Assembly: GCA_963662265.2 (NCBI GenBank)
Contig: CAXXHA010000030.1
Coordinates: 1-64,000 of the forward strand
DNA: 64,000 nucleotides
From: Spirochaetia bacterium
GTDB lineage: Bacteria > Spirochaetota > Spirochaetia > CADAEX01
Direction of reading: 5' to 3'
The translations under genes and the position numbers were made by a program. Below are positions 53,269 through 63,712 of the stretch, piece by piece. Below the pieces are notes generated by a model that worked only from the letters and a program-made list of their open reading frames with translations, searched no databases and was not told the origin of the DNA. Within the stretch, counting starts at the first letter, position 1. Every line of letters starts with the position of its first letter.

Positions 53269-54096
53269 CTACTCTACAAATAGAGAGCTTCCTGTCCTGT
53301 TATGAAAATACCTGTTTCCCGCTCCGCTGAGTTCACCCATAGCTTCCGCCCCGGTGCAGTGGGATACGCCTATCACTTCAACATTGTCAATAATATATTT
53401 TACAGATTTCTTAAGCGCTTCCCCCTTTGACTCAACAAGATGTGTTCCGCCGATAACAGCATGAACAGGTTTTTTAAGAAGCTTCACAGCTGTGCTGATC
53501 ATATTTTTTACGCCGGGGTGGGAACAGCCGAGTACAATTACAAGTCCCCTCGGTGTATCAACAGCAATCATGACTTCATCGCTGAAATCATCCCTCTCAA
53601 ATCGGTTTTCCCTTCTGACAACAAATCTCGGGTTGATTTTTTCATCATCAAATGTCCTGTCAAAAGAAGTAATGATATAAACTGATTCGGTGAGCTGTGT
53701 CAGCTGGTTGCCCAAGACTTCATATTTTATACTTTTCTGCTTCAGATATTCTTCAGTAAAATCATTTCCAAGAAATTCATATGAATTGTTCCGTAAAGCA
53801 TATTTTTCATTGAAAAAACCGCTGCCGACATATAGTCTAAAACTATCAGTCAGATTTATCAAAGATTTTAATCCCCCTGAATGGTCATAATGGCCATGGC
53901 TAAGGACAACAAAATCTGTATCTGATAAATCTATGTTGAGAAGCTTTGAATTATAGATAAATGAATCAGTAGAACCTGTATCGAAAATTATTTTTTTCCC
54001 GTCAGTTTCTATACAAAAAGAAATACCATGTTCAGTTTTCAGGGCAAGATGTTCCCCCTGGGTATTTTCTATCAGTGTGGTTATTTTTAGAGACAT
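53269..54096 (-). CDS. MBL-fold metallo-hydrolase
   Basis: EHGISF, FDTG, SHGHYDHSGG, GCSHPG, GGTHL, HCTG. Confidence 0.9.
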   Translation of the reverse strand: MSLKITTLIENTQGEHLALKTEHGISFCIETDGKKIIFDTGSTDSFIYNSKLLNIDLSDTDFVVLSHGHYDHSGGLKSLINLTDSFRLYVGSGFFNEKYALRNNSYEFLGNDFTEEYLKQKSIKYEVLGNQLTQLTESVYIITSFDRTFDDEKINPRFVVRRENRFERDDFSDEVMIAVDTPRGLVIVLGCSHPGVKNMISTAVKLLKKPVHAVIGGTHLVESKGEALKKSVKYIIDNVEVIGVSHCTGAEAMGELSGAGNRYFHNRTGSSLFVE

Positions 54097-54113
54097 ATAA
54101 CCCCCTCCAAATA

Positions 54114-54812
54114 TTATTCAGAAATTGAACCGAGAATATCCCCTATCGCATTTTCAAGATGCTCTTTCATTGCTTTTTCAGCTTTGACCGGGTCTCTGTC
54201 CTTTATTGCCTGAAGTATTTTCCTGTGCTCTTCAATTGTTTTTTTCTCTCTTCCCGGAATATGGAGACTGGAAATCCAGCCTTCGGGAAGGGATTTTGTC
54301 ATTGTCTTCATAAGAAAGTGAAGTGTTTTATTCTTGGTAGATTTACTTAAAAGCAGATGAAACTCTTCATCGCATTTAACAAGACCTGCAGTACTGCCCT
54401 GATCTGAGTTTGTGGAAAAATCCCTGCAGACCTCTTCCATTTTTGAAATATCATTTTTATCAGCTTTTTCTGCAGCAACTGCGGCTGCCTTGGGATCAAT
54501 TATAAGCCGGACTTCGAAATGGTCCTGTATTGACTGTTCATTGTGCTTGAGCCAGTCGGAAAATCCTTCGAATTCCTTCTCCATTTTGTCTGTGATAAAT
54601 ATTCCCTTCCCATGTTTTACAGTAACCTGCCCTGTCACCTCAAGCATCCTCACAGCTTCCCGCACCGATGATCTTGATACATGCAGCTTCTGCGTAAGAA
54701 TGTTTTCTGAATAGAATTTATCGCCGGGCTTGAACCCGTCCTCTGCGATCATTTTTTTTATTGCTTCAATTACACTTTCGAAAAGCCTCACTCTTTTTAC
54801 TGAATGCAACAC
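54114..54812 (-). CDS. GntR/FadR-family regulator
   Basis: VSRSSVREA wHTH; FCD domain with FH..L and EH..I. Confidence 0.92.
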   Translation of the reverse strand: MLHSVKRVRLFESVIEAIKKMIAEDGFKPGDKFYSENILTQKLHVSRSSVREAVRMLEVTGQVTVKHGKGIFITDKMEKEFEGFSDWLKHNEQSIQDHFEVRLIIDPKAAAVAAEKADKNDISKMEEVCRDFSTNSDQGSTAGLVKCDEEFHLLLSKSTKNKTLHFLMKTMTKSLPEGWISSLHIPGREKKTIEEHRKILQAIKDRDPVKAEKAMKEHLENAIGDILGSISE

Positions 54813-54820
54813 GAACCACC

Positions 54821-54889
54821 CTTGTCTACTTATATGATGTCTACTTATCAGACAAGTTAATTATATACATATTTTTACTGATCTGTCAA
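54821..54889 (-). promoter_or_regulatory. Promoter and FadR-type operator of the GntR-TRAP operon
   Basis: TTGACA-N18-TATAAT; near-palindrome ACTTATCAGACAAGT (54843-54857); TGTCTACTTAT repeated at 54823 and 54838. Confidence 0.65.
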
Positions 54890-54997
54890 AATAAATTTAA
54901 AAAAGCTGAAACCCCGCAGAATACCTGGAATTTCAGCTTCTTATTATCTTAAAAGATATCAGAAAATTATCTGTTTCTTGCCAAAAATTGAATCATT

Positions 54998-55405
54998 TTA
55001 ATTATACTGTCTTGTTATAGCCCACAATCCGGAAAGAATAATCATCTGCATTGAAAGATCCCTGAGCCATATCATGAATGTAGGCTCCATGAATGAATTA
55101 AGGAAAAACTGCATTACAATATTTATAATCCAGAGTACAGTTATTGTAATTGAAGCAAAGAAAAGGCTTCTTGGATTTGATTTAATAAATGTTCCCACAA
55201 ACAGGACAAGTCCGGAAAACAGCTGTATAAGGGCAACAACAACTCTCCACATATCATTTTTTCCAAACAGCTTCCCCACTCCCCTTATGAACTGAGCACC
55301 TGCTGTATTGTATCCTGTAAGAAAAAGCAAGCCTGACAGCGCGAAAAATAGCGCGATAAATATCTGTAAAAGAAATATAGATCCGTAACTGTTTTTATCT
55401 CTCAT
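54998..55405 (-). CDS. Hypothetical membrane protein (4 TM)
   Basis: AGGAG RBS, hydrophobic helices. Confidence 0.75.
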   Translation of the reverse strand: MRDKNSYGSIFLLQIFIALFFALSGLLFLTGYNTAGAQFIRGVGKLFGKNDMWRVVVALIQLFSGLVLFVGTFIKSNPRSLFFASITITVLWIINIVMQFFLNSFMEPTFMIWLRDLSMQMIILSGLWAITRQYN

Positions 55406-55558
55406 AAATAACTCCTGTTTTTATTATGCCGCCCCCGGCATTCTTTTAACAACTTGTAAAGTGATTATATATTTATAATACTTTGAAATGCAATTAATTT
55501 AATATTATTTTAACAATTTTCTAAAAGTATATTAATTAAAAAGAGGTAAATAAACAGT

Positions 55559-56281
55559 ATGAAAAGAATAATACAGATATCAGATATCCACTGCGGTTCA
55601 GGTTATTTTTCTCCTGAACTTATGGAAAAAACCATAAGTTATATCAATAATTCTAAACCGGATGCTCTTCTTATTACAGGAGACCTTACAACAGAAGGTT
55701 TCTATCATGAATTTGAAACAGCGCTTTCCTATATAAACAGGATGGAAGTAGAGAATAAGCTTATTGTACCTGGAAATCACGATGCAAGAAATGTAGGCTA
55801 CAGAAGCTTTGAAAAGCTTATAGGCCCGCCTGACAGCAAACTGGAAATGGGCAATATTCTGATCTGCGGCGCTGACTCCACAGAACCGGACCTTGATGAC
55901 GGCCAGCTTGGAAGACATCTTACAGGAGAATTGAAAGAAACATTTAAAAATTTCAATGGTGTTAAAATTCTTGCGATGCATCATCATGTAATATCTGTAC
56001 CCAACAGCGGAAGAGAAATGAATATACTGCGGGATGCAGGCGATGTACTTAAAATGGCTGTAAAATCAGGAGTTAACATAATATTATCAGGACATAAACA
56101 TATTCCGCATATATGGAATTTTGAAGGGATAAAAGTTGTAACATGTTCAACCACAACTTCACGGAGAATCAGAGGAATATACAAACCATCTTTCAATATC
56201 CTTGAAATTGATGATCATCTCAGGATAATCAAGAAAGAGGTTGAAGGTGATTCACATATAATTTATGAGGGGGAAATCTGA
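55559..56281 (+). CDS. Calcineurin-like metallophosphoesterase (CpdA/Icc-like)
   Basis: SDIH, TGDL, PGNHD, HHH, GHKH. Confidence 0.92.
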   Translation: MKRIIQISDIHCGSGYFSPELMEKTISYINNSKPDALLITGDLTTEGFYHEFETALSYINRMEVENKLIVPGNHDARNVGYRSFEKLIGPPDSKLEMGNILICGADSTEPDLDDGQLGRHLTGELKETFKNFNGVKILAMHHHVISVPNSGREMNILRDAGDVLKMAVKSGVNIILSGHKHIPHIWNFEGIKVVTCSTTTSRRIRGIYKPSFNILEIDDHLRIIKKEVEGDSHIIYEGEI

Positions 56282-56446
56282 TTATTTCAGGAAAATTAAA
56301 ACAGGTCAGAAAATAATGCAAAAAGAACTTTAAGCTATTATCCTGAATTTTATGATAAATTGAAAAATGTATTCCGCAAAGATGAAAAAACTGAATCATG
56401 TCTGTTTCCAGACTATTATGGGGACAGGCTTCAATCGGAGAAATAG

Positions 56447-56875
56447 ATGAATAAAAAGAAACTCCTGTTTTTATGCACAGGGAACTCCTGCAGGAGCCAG
56501 ATGGCAGAAGGCTGGACAAGAGTATTGAAAGGCGATATTTTCGATGTTTTTTCTGCCGGTATTGAAACACATGGTCTTAATGAAAATGCAGTAAAAGTGA
56601 TGAAAGAGGCAGGAGTAGATATTTCAGGTCACAAATCACAGAATATAAGAGAATTCCTTGATACAGATATAGATTATGTTGTAACAGTATGCAGTCATGC
56701 AAATGAAACATGCCCTGTATTCCCCGGAAAAGCCAAAGTCATTCACAGGAGTTTTGATGATCCTCCGGCAATGGCAAAAGAAAAAAACACGGAAGAGGAT
56801 AAACTTGACTGCTACAGAAAAGTCAGGGACCAGATCAGGGCATTTGTAAATACACTGCCGGATGCTCTTGATTAG
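56447..56875 (+). CDS. arsC: Arsenate reductase (thioredoxin-type, LMW-PTP fold)
   Basis: CTGNSCRSQMAEG, VTVC..A.ETCP, DDP. Confidence 0.9.
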   Translation: MNKKKLLFLCTGNSCRSQMAEGWTRVLKGDIFDVFSAGIETHGLNENAVKVMKEAGVDISGHKSQNIREFLDTDIDYVVTVCSHANETCPVFPGKAKVIHRSFDDPPAMAKEKNTEEDKLDCYRKVRDQIRAFVNTLPDALD

Positions 56876-57006
56876 GTGCTTTTTACCTGTACTCAGGATA
56901 TTTTTATTTATTTTAAAACAATAAAATACACTTTATTTAAATATCTCATTGCCGCTCAAATAATATGTAATATATTAATATATAGCACATAAAAAGAGGT
57001 TGTTAT

Positions 57007-57369
57007 TTGAAGAAGAAAATTCTTATAATTGAAGATTCAGTCTTAAGCAGAACATATATGAAAAACTATCTTGAAGAAAAAGATATTGATATTGTTGAAG
57101 CAGTAAACGGAATAGACGGTCTGGAAAAAATAGAACAATTCAAACCGGATCTGATTTTTCTCGACCTGATGATGCCTGAACTGGATGGATTCGGAGTACT
57201 TGAAAAACTGAGAGAAATCGGCTCTGAAATACCTGTAATAACACTGACATCTGATATACAGGAAACAACAAGAAAACGCTGCTTCAACCTAGGTGTAAAA
57301 TATTTCCTGAACAAGCCGGTTAACAAGGAAAAATTCCTTATGATTGTTGAATCAATTCTCAGGGTATAG
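57007..57369 (+). CDS. Single-domain response regulator (CheY-like)
   Basis: IIEDS, DLMMPELDG, KP. Confidence 0.92.
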   Translation: MKKKILIIEDSVLSRTYMKNYLEEKDIDIVEAVNGIDGLEKIEQFKPDLIFLDLMMPELDGFGVLEKLREIGSEIPVITLTSDIQETTRKRCFNLGVKYFLNKPVNKEKFLMIVESILRV

Positions 57370-57457
57370 AAAAGTAGTTCTTTATCCTGTTAAATATTAT
57401 TTTCTGGTAGTTCTTCCAAAGAGCAGCCGGATTGATATCATTTAGAAGAGGTAATAC

Positions 57458-58888
57458 ATGGAACAGGATTATATTCCGGATTTGTCTAGGTTGAAAACAG
57501 TTCTTGATTTTCTTTCAACTTCGATGAACCTGGGAATCTGTTTCATTGACACGGATTTAAAAAATATTCTGTACAAGTCAGACAGGAAAAATATATGCAC
57601 AGATATCAAATCATCCAGTGATATTAAAAACATTTTTTGCATAGATCTGATCAAAAATCTTAGTGATAATGAATATCCGGAATTCCTCACATGCAGTAAA
57701 AATCTCACAATAGTACATTTTGCCGTAAAAAACAACAACCTGCTTCTCGGCTGGATAATTATGGGACCGGTGATTCTCAAAGACATCGAAAATCCTCAAT
57801 TGAATAAAATCCCTGAAATTCCTGGAATCCCGGATATCCCTGTATTAGATTCAGATACTCTGGAAAGTAAAATCATCAGGATAAAACCCATGATGCAGTT
57901 GATTATTGATCTTTTCTATGAAAAATACCTTCTGAACAAGGAAAAGAATTTAATAAAATATAATCTTGAAAAACAGAAGCTTACAGAAAGGGAACTTAAA
58001 CAGACAAACTCTGAACTCGAGACAATTTTCACAAACAGCCAGGTTGGCATTATGTATCTCAAGGGAGGACGCTATTTTTTAAAAGGCAACAAGAGACTTG
58101 CAGATATACTGGGCTGGGATAATCCTGATGAAATGACAGGAATAAATATGAGAAAACTCCATATTTCTGATGAAACATTTACCTATTTCGGCGAAAAATA
58201 TTTCAACAACCTCGCCCACGGTGAAAGAATTCATATTGACTATCAACTTGCAAAAAAAGACGGAACACCTGTCTGGTGCATACTGTCAGGCAAGGCAATT
58301 GACAGGAATAATCCGGCAGATCTTAATAAAGGGGTTATATGGATAATTGATGATATTTCTGACAGAAAAGAAGCTGAGAAAAAACTCAAAAAACTGGCAG
58401 TAACAGATTTTCTTACTTCATTGAAAAACAGGGCAGGTTTCCACAGGGAACTGGAAAAGGAAATCCACAGGTCAGGCAGGCAGCATAAAGCTCTGTCACT
58501 GATGCTTATAGATCTCGATTATTTTAAAAATATAAATGATACATACGGCCATGATGCCGGAGATGCAGTCCTGGTGCATTTCAGCAATCTTCTTGAAAGT
58601 ACTTTCCGGGATATAGATATATCAGGCAGAGTGGGAGGAGAGGAATTTGCCGTTATAATGCCTGACACGACTCTGGAATCAGGCAGAAAAGCTGCAGTGA
58701 GGCTTAAAAGAAAGCTTGAAAAAGAAAATGCATATTACAGAAATATAAAAATCCCGTATACCGTGAGTATTGGAATCTCTGAATATTCAGACGAAAGCCT
58801 TGATGATTTCTACTGTATAACTGATAAAAAACTGTACAGAGCGAAAACTTCCGGCAGGAACTGTATCTGTACTGAATTGCAGGATTAA
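57458..58888 (+). CDS. PocR-like + PAS + GGDEF diguanylate cyclase
   Basis: LLGWIIMGPV PocR-like segment, PAS/PAC, RVGGEEF. Confidence 0.88.
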   Translation: MEQDYIPDLSRLKTVLDFLSTSMNLGICFIDTDLKNILYKSDRKNICTDIKSSSDIKNIFCIDLIKNLSDNEYPEFLTCSKNLTIVHFAVKNNNLLLGWIIMGPVILKDIENPQLNKIPEIPGIPDIPVLDSDTLESKIIRIKPMMQLIIDLFYEKYLLNKEKNLIKYNLEKQKLTERELKQTNSELETIFTNSQVGIMYLKGGRYFLKGNKRLADILGWDNPDEMTGINMRKLHISDETFTYFGEKYFNNLAHGERIHIDYQLAKKDGTPVWCILSGKAIDRNNPADLNKGVIWIIDDISDRKEAEKKLKKLAVTDFLTSLKNRAGFHRELEKEIHRSGRQHKALSLMLIDLDYFKNINDTYGHDAGDAVLVHFSNLLESTFRDIDISGRVGGEEFAVIMPDTTLESGRKAAVRLKRKLEKENAYYRNIKIPYTVSIGISEYSDESLDDFYCITDKKLYRAKTSGRNCICTELQD

Positions 58889-58984
58889 CTACAGATTATT
58901 TATTTATCCTTTATTTTCAACTCATATAAAACACAGCATCTGTTTTTCATCCCCTATTATTTCAAAAGAGTTTAAACTGCCTTG

Positions 58985-59011
58985 TAAAGTAAATTTTCAC
59001 CTTTCCGATAA
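58985..59011 (+). promoter_or_regulatory. Sigma28 (FliA)-type promoter
   Basis: TAAA-N15-TCCGATAA upstream of the flagellar rod genes. Confidence 0.7.
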
Positions 59012-59101
59012 TTTAAAGTAGGAACATAAATAGTTTCCATCTACGCATCTGGATAAATACTTATTCAGCTGTTTCAGTATAAAACTTTCGGGAGGGGTTT
59101 T

Positions 59102-59947
59102 ATGATCAGGGGCCTTTACACAGGCGCGGCAGGAATGGTCGCTCAAATGCACAAAATGGACGCTCTGTCCAATAATCTCGCAAACGTCAATCTTAACGGT
59201 TACAAAAAAGACACTTCAATTCACAAGGCATTTCCTGAAATGCTTATAAGAAGAATGAATGATAACGGTGTATATAAATTCCCCATGGGATCTGCAGATA
59301 TTGCCCCTATAGTCGGGAAAATCGGTACCGGCGTTGAACAGAATGAGGTTTTTACAGTTTTTACCCAGGGAGCGCTTAAGGAAACTGAAAATCCATTCGA
59401 TATGGCGCTTGAGGGAAAAGGCTTTTTTGCAGTAGATACACCATACGGTGAAAGATATACAAGAAACGGGGCATTTACACTGGGAAAAGAGGGGATGCTT
59501 CTTACAAAAGAGGGATATCCGGTACTTGGAGAAAAAGGACCGATCCATATAAAAGAAAATAATTTCATTATTGACCAGAAGGGAAGAATTTTCAAAAATT
59601 CAAAATTCCCTGATGATCCGCAGCGTCTCATTTCCATGATTGAAAATGAATGGGATGAAACTGAACTCATTGATACTATCAAGCTTGTTGATTTTAAAAG
59701 AGACAGATATTTAAGAAAACAGGGGAATTCACTATGGAAAGATACCACGGAATCGGGAGCAGCAACGATAATGACAGATACTGCACCGAAAGTAAGACAG
59801 GGATTTATCGAAGGGTCAAATGTTAATCCTGTAAAAGAAATGGTTAACATGATTGAAGTAAACAGGGCTTATGAAGCAAACCAGAAGGTTATTTCAAGTC
59901 AGGATTCACTGACAGGTAAGCTGATTAACGATGCTGTTAAATTATAG
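59102..59947 (+). CDS. flgF: Flagellar basal-body rod protein FlgF
   Basis: GLYTGAAGM, SNNLANVN, YTRNG, EGSNVNPVKEMV; upstream of flgG. Confidence 0.85.
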   Translation: MIRGLYTGAAGMVAQMHKMDALSNNLANVNLNGYKKDTSIHKAFPEMLIRRMNDNGVYKFPMGSADIAPIVGKIGTGVEQNEVFTVFTQGALKETENPFDMALEGKGFFAVDTPYGERYTRNGAFTLGKEGMLLTKEGYPVLGEKGPIHIKENNFIIDQKGRIFKNSKFPDDPQRLISMIENEWDETELIDTIKLVDFKRDRYLRKQGNSLWKDTTESGAATIMTDTAPKVRQGFIEGSNVNPVKEMVNMIEVNRAYEANQKVISSQDSLTGKLINDAVKL

Positions 59948-60006
59948 TCTTTAGTAATTTAAAGCTGATTTTTCTTTAAGCCTATTTTATTTGAGGAGAT
60001 AATATA

Positions 60007-60801
60007 ATGATGAGATCATTATGGACTGCCGCTTCAGGAATGGTTGGACAGCAGTTTAACATAGATACAATTTCAAACAACCTTTCAAACGTTAACACAA
60101 CAGGATTCAAGAAAAACAGGGCGGAATTTGAAGACCTGCTTTACCAGACAACAAGGATTGCAGGTACCCCTGCAACAGAAGTTACGGTTGTCCCCACCCC
60201 CACCCAGGTTGGTCACGGGGTAAAAGCGTCTTCCACCCAGAAAATATTTACTCAAGGGTCATTGCAGGCAACAGGTAATGTTTCTGATATGGCTATCCAG
60301 GGTGAAGGATTTTTCAGAACCCTTCTTATTGACGGAACATACGGCTATACACGTGACGGTTCCTTTAAAATTGATTCAAACGGACAGATAGTAAGTTCAA
60401 ACGGATACAAACTCATGCCTGAAGTAGTCCTCCCTGAAAACTTTGTGAGGGAATCTCTTACTGTTTCCCAGGATGGCCGTATAAGCGTAAAAGTAGCAGG
60501 AAGCAATGATCCTGTAGAAGTTGGCCAGCTTGAACTCTACAGGTTTGTAAACCCTGCCGGTATGAATGCAATTGGTGAAAACCTTTATAAGGTCACAAAT
60601 GCATCGGGAGATCCCATAGGGGGAAGACCGGGATATGACGGAATGGGTACAATAATCCATAAATTCCTTGAAATGTCCAATGTATCTGTAGTTAAGGAAA
60701 TGGTTAACATGATTGTTGCCCAGAGAGCATACGAACTCAACTCAAAAGCAATACAGACCAGCGACAACATGCTTGGAATAGCAAACAACCTGAAGAGATA
60801 A
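60007..60801 (+). CDS. flgG: Flagellar basal-body rod protein FlgG
   Basis: SLWTAASGM, FEDLLYQ, YTRDGSF, AQRAYELNSK. Confidence 0.95.
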   Translation: MMRSLWTAASGMVGQQFNIDTISNNLSNVNTTGFKKNRAEFEDLLYQTTRIAGTPATEVTVVPTPTQVGHGVKASSTQKIFTQGSLQATGNVSDMAIQGEGFFRTLLIDGTYGYTRDGSFKIDSNGQIVSSNGYKLMPEVVLPENFVRESLTVSQDGRISVKVAGSNDPVEVGQLELYRFVNPAGMNAIGENLYKVTNASGDPIGGRPGYDGMGTIIHKFLEMSNVSVVKEMVNMIVAQRAYELNSKAIQTSDNMLGIANNLKR

Positions 60802-60812
60802 GGCACATATAA

Positions 60813-61133
60813 ATGAATATTACAGATAAATCAATGATTATGAACAGCAGTTCCGACCTGAACAGGATTAAGGCATTGTCAGATAAAACATCAAAGCTTT
60901 CAGGAAAAAACAAGGAGCTTATGGATGCATGCAAGGATTTTGAAACTCTTTTCGTAAAACAGATGCTTGATTCCATGAGAAAGACAGTGCATAAGGCTGA
61001 AAAATCAGAGAACAATGCAGGTCAGAAATACTTTGAAGATATGCTTTATGATAATTATGCAAAAAAAATAACAGATACCGCAAACCTCGGTATTGCAAAA
61101 ATGATGTATCAGCAGCTTTACAAATCTGTGTAA
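60813..61133 (+). CDS. flgJ: Single-domain rod-binding protein FlgJ
   Basis: ACKDFETLFVKQMLDSMRKT, GIAKMMYQQL. Confidence 0.88.
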   Translation: MNITDKSMIMNSSSDLNRIKALSDKTSKLSGKNKELMDACKDFETLFVKQMLDSMRKTVHKAEKSENNAGQKYFEDMLYDNYAKKITDTANLGIAKMMYQQLYKSV

Positions 61134-61154
61134 AGCTGCATTAATATCCCCGTT

Positions 61155-62156
61155 TTGAAAAACAATAAAGAACACACACTCAAACTTATAATCTCCACTC
61201 TTTTTGTTATAATATCCATGCTTGTGATAATCCTGGTAATTCTAATACCTGAAGAAAGTGAACATATAAATGAATATTCAGATCCTGTAGCTTCTTCTGA
61301 AGAGAATACTGCTTCAGATACACAGTATGATTCAACTGAATCAGTAAATAAAACAACTGAAAAGAATACAATTCCTGTAGAAATATCAGATATTGCTTCT
61401 GCAACACACCCTGTTGAAGAAGAAAAACTTTTACAGAAGAAAAGCAGAATCATTGAAAACAGGACAAAATCAATAGTCAAAAAAAAGGAAAAGAAGCTTT
61501 ATTTCATTATTGACGATGCAGGCTACAATATTAATCAGCTGAAACCTTTCCTCGAATTTCCCGGTAAAATAACCATAGCAGTTCTTCCCGGACTTCCCCG
61601 CTCTGCCGACTGTGCAAGAATGATAAATGCAAGCGGCAAACAGGTGTTTCTTCACCAGCCGATGGAGGCATTCGGAAAAAACAATCCCGGTCCCGGAGCT
61701 ATAATGCTTGGGATGAATGAGAGTGAAATAAAGGAAATTCTTGTCAGTAATCTTGATTCTCTCCCCTTTGTTTCAGGATTCAACAACCATATGGGTTCAG
61801 CAGTTACCTCAGAGCCTGATATGGTAGAAACTATCCTTAAAACCGCAAAACAGAAACAGATAATTTTCACAGACAGCTTTACAACATCCCATTCCAAATG
61901 CAAAGAAGTTTCTGAAAAACTGGGTATCGCTATTGCAAAAAGAGATGTATTTCTGGATAATGTCGACAACAGGGAAGCTATAATGGAATCAATGAATACA
62001 GGACTTAATATTGCAGAAAACAAAGGACATGCCGTAATGATAGGGCATGTCTGGTCTTCAGAACTCGCAGATACTATGATGGAAATTTATCCAAATCTTA
62101 TAGAAGACGGATTTACACTCGAAGAAATGTCTGATCTTATTCTTGGAGACATGTAG
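61155..62156 (+). CDS. Divergent polysaccharide deacetylase family protein
   Basis: IIDDAG, LHQPME, NNHMGS, RDVFLDN, IGH. Confidence 0.9.
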   Translation: MKNNKEHTLKLIISTLFVIISMLVIILVILIPEESEHINEYSDPVASSEENTASDTQYDSTESVNKTTEKNTIPVEISDIASATHPVEEEKLLQKKSRIIENRTKSIVKKKEKKLYFIIDDAGYNINQLKPFLEFPGKITIAVLPGLPRSADCARMINASGKQVFLHQPMEAFGKNNPGPGAIMLGMNESEIKEILVSNLDSLPFVSGFNNHMGSAVTSEPDMVETILKTAKQKQIIFTDSFTTSHSKCKEVSEKLGIAIAKRDVFLDNVDNREAIMESMNTGLNIAENKGHAVMIGHVWSSELADTMMEIYPNLIEDGFTLEEMSDLILGDM

Positions 62157-62157
62157 T

Positions 62158-63171
62158 ATGCTTATACTGGGAATTGAAAGCTCCTGTGATGAGTGTTCAG
62201 CTGCAGTAGTCAAAGACGGTGAAAAAGTTCTTTCAAATCTTGTAGCTACCCAGATAGAACTTCATAAACCATACATGGGTGTTGTTCCTGAAGTGGCATC
62301 CCGGATTCATGTCGAATGGATTAACGGTGTCGTAAAAGAGTCTTTAAAGGAAGCAGGTGTCACACTTGATGATATAGACGGCATTGCTGTAACAAACAGG
62401 CCGGGACTTACAGGCTCTCTCCTTGTGGGACTTTCCTTTGCAAAAGGTCTTGCAATGTCTTCTAAAAAACCTTTTACAGGTGTTGACCATATTTTCGCCC
62501 ATATATATGCAGCCCATCTTGAAAATGAAATAAGCTATCCCTACCTCGGTCTTCTGGTCTCAGGTGGGCACACTATTATTGCCCTTGTAAAGGGATATGA
62601 TGACATGCAGGTTCTGGGAACAACCATAGATGATGCATGCGGCGAAGCTTTTGACAAGGTAGCCAAATTCTACAACTTCGGCTATCCGGGGGGAGTAATA
62701 ATAGACAGGATGTCCAGAGAGGGTGATGATAAGGCTTTCAGTTTCCCGGACCCTTCACTTCATAAGGGAAACCACAGATATGATGTATCATACTCAGGAC
62801 TTAAAACAGCTGTTGTAAACCAGCTCAAAACATTTCACAATGAAGGGCATGAAATTAATGACAATAATATAGCAGCGTCCTTTCAGAAGGCTGCTATAGA
62901 TATGCTTCTTAAAAGACTGTACAAGGCAAGCAAAGATACAGGAATAACAAAAATAGTAACAGGAGGGGGGGTAGCTGCAAATTCATACCTAAGAAGCTGT
63001 CTTGAAAACAACAGTGAACTGACTGTTTATTCTCCCTCTCTCAAGCTCTGCGGAGATAACGGGGCAATGATTGCAGGGCTGGGATATCATTATCTTAAGA
63101 ACAACACAGGTTCAGATTACACTCTAAATGTCACATCAAGAGTTTCCGCTTTCAGGAAAAGCTATCCCTAG
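62158..63171 (+). CDS. tsaD: tRNA N6-adenosine threonylcarbamoyltransferase
   Basis: GIESSCDE, GVVPEVASR, H..AH, LVSGGHT, DDACGEAFDKVA, DNGAMIA. Confidence 0.96.
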   Translation: MLILGIESSCDECSAAVVKDGEKVLSNLVATQIELHKPYMGVVPEVASRIHVEWINGVVKESLKEAGVTLDDIDGIAVTNRPGLTGSLLVGLSFAKGLAMSSKKPFTGVDHIFAHIYAAHLENEISYPYLGLLVSGGHTIIALVKGYDDMQVLGTTIDDACGEAFDKVAKFYNFGYPGGVIIDRMSREGDDKAFSFPDPSLHKGNHRYDVSYSGLKTAVVNQLKTFHNEGHEINDNNIAASFQKAAIDMLLKRLYKASKDTGITKIVTGGGVAANSYLRSCLENNSELTVYSPSLKLCGDNGAMIAGLGYHYLKNNTGSDYTLNVTSRVSAFRKSYP

Positions 63172-63440
63172 TTTGCTTTGATACAGCAATTTCCAGCTGC
63201 TTTCTCCTGTTTTAAATCAGTATTTTTCAAGTTAATCAGATTTCAACATCCAGGTTTTAATAAATATCCTTTTAGAATATTTCCGGATATTTGCCTGATT
63301 ACAACGTGCGGCTTTTAATGTATTAAGCTTAAATATTTATCAGTAATAATTACTATTATTTATAGTATTTTTATTTACATTGCGAAATTTATATATTATA
63401 TTCCTATTAAATCAATATAATTTAAACAGGGGTATTACAG

Positions 63441-63617
63441 ATGGATAACAGGGAAAAAATTCTTGATGCTATGAAGAATGCCGGTAAACCGCTCAAGGCA
63501 GGCGAAGCTGCCGATCTTGCAGGTTTAAGCAAGGCTGATGCAGATAAAGCTTTCAAGGAACTCAAGAAAGAGGAACTTATTATATCTCCCAGGAGATGTT
63601 ACTGGGAGCCTAAATAA
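63441..63617 (+). CDS. Small winged-helix protein (58 aa), absent from the ORF track
   Basis: MDNREKILDAMKNAGKPLKAGEAADLAGLSKADADKAFKELKKEELIISPRRCYWEPK; AGGGG RBS; followed by a terminator. Confidence 0.85.
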   Translation: MDNREKILDAMKNAGKPLKAGEAADLAGLSKADADKAFKELKKEELIISPRRCYWEPK

Positions 63618-63619
63618 AT

Positions 63620-63646
63620 AAAAGCAGCCTTTTCCGGCTGCTTTTT
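63620..63646. terminator. Bidirectional terminator
   Basis: AAAAGCAGCC-TTTTCC-GGCTGCTTTT. Confidence 0.8.
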
Positions 63647-63712
63647 CTGTTTAAAAACAAAATATTTTGTAAGTTCAATATATCATCAGATATTTCCCGA
63701 TTATTATTCTAT

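Noticed and set aside
56447-56875. Arsenic resistance operon
   Set aside because: arsC is alone; no arsR, arsB or acr3 adjacent.
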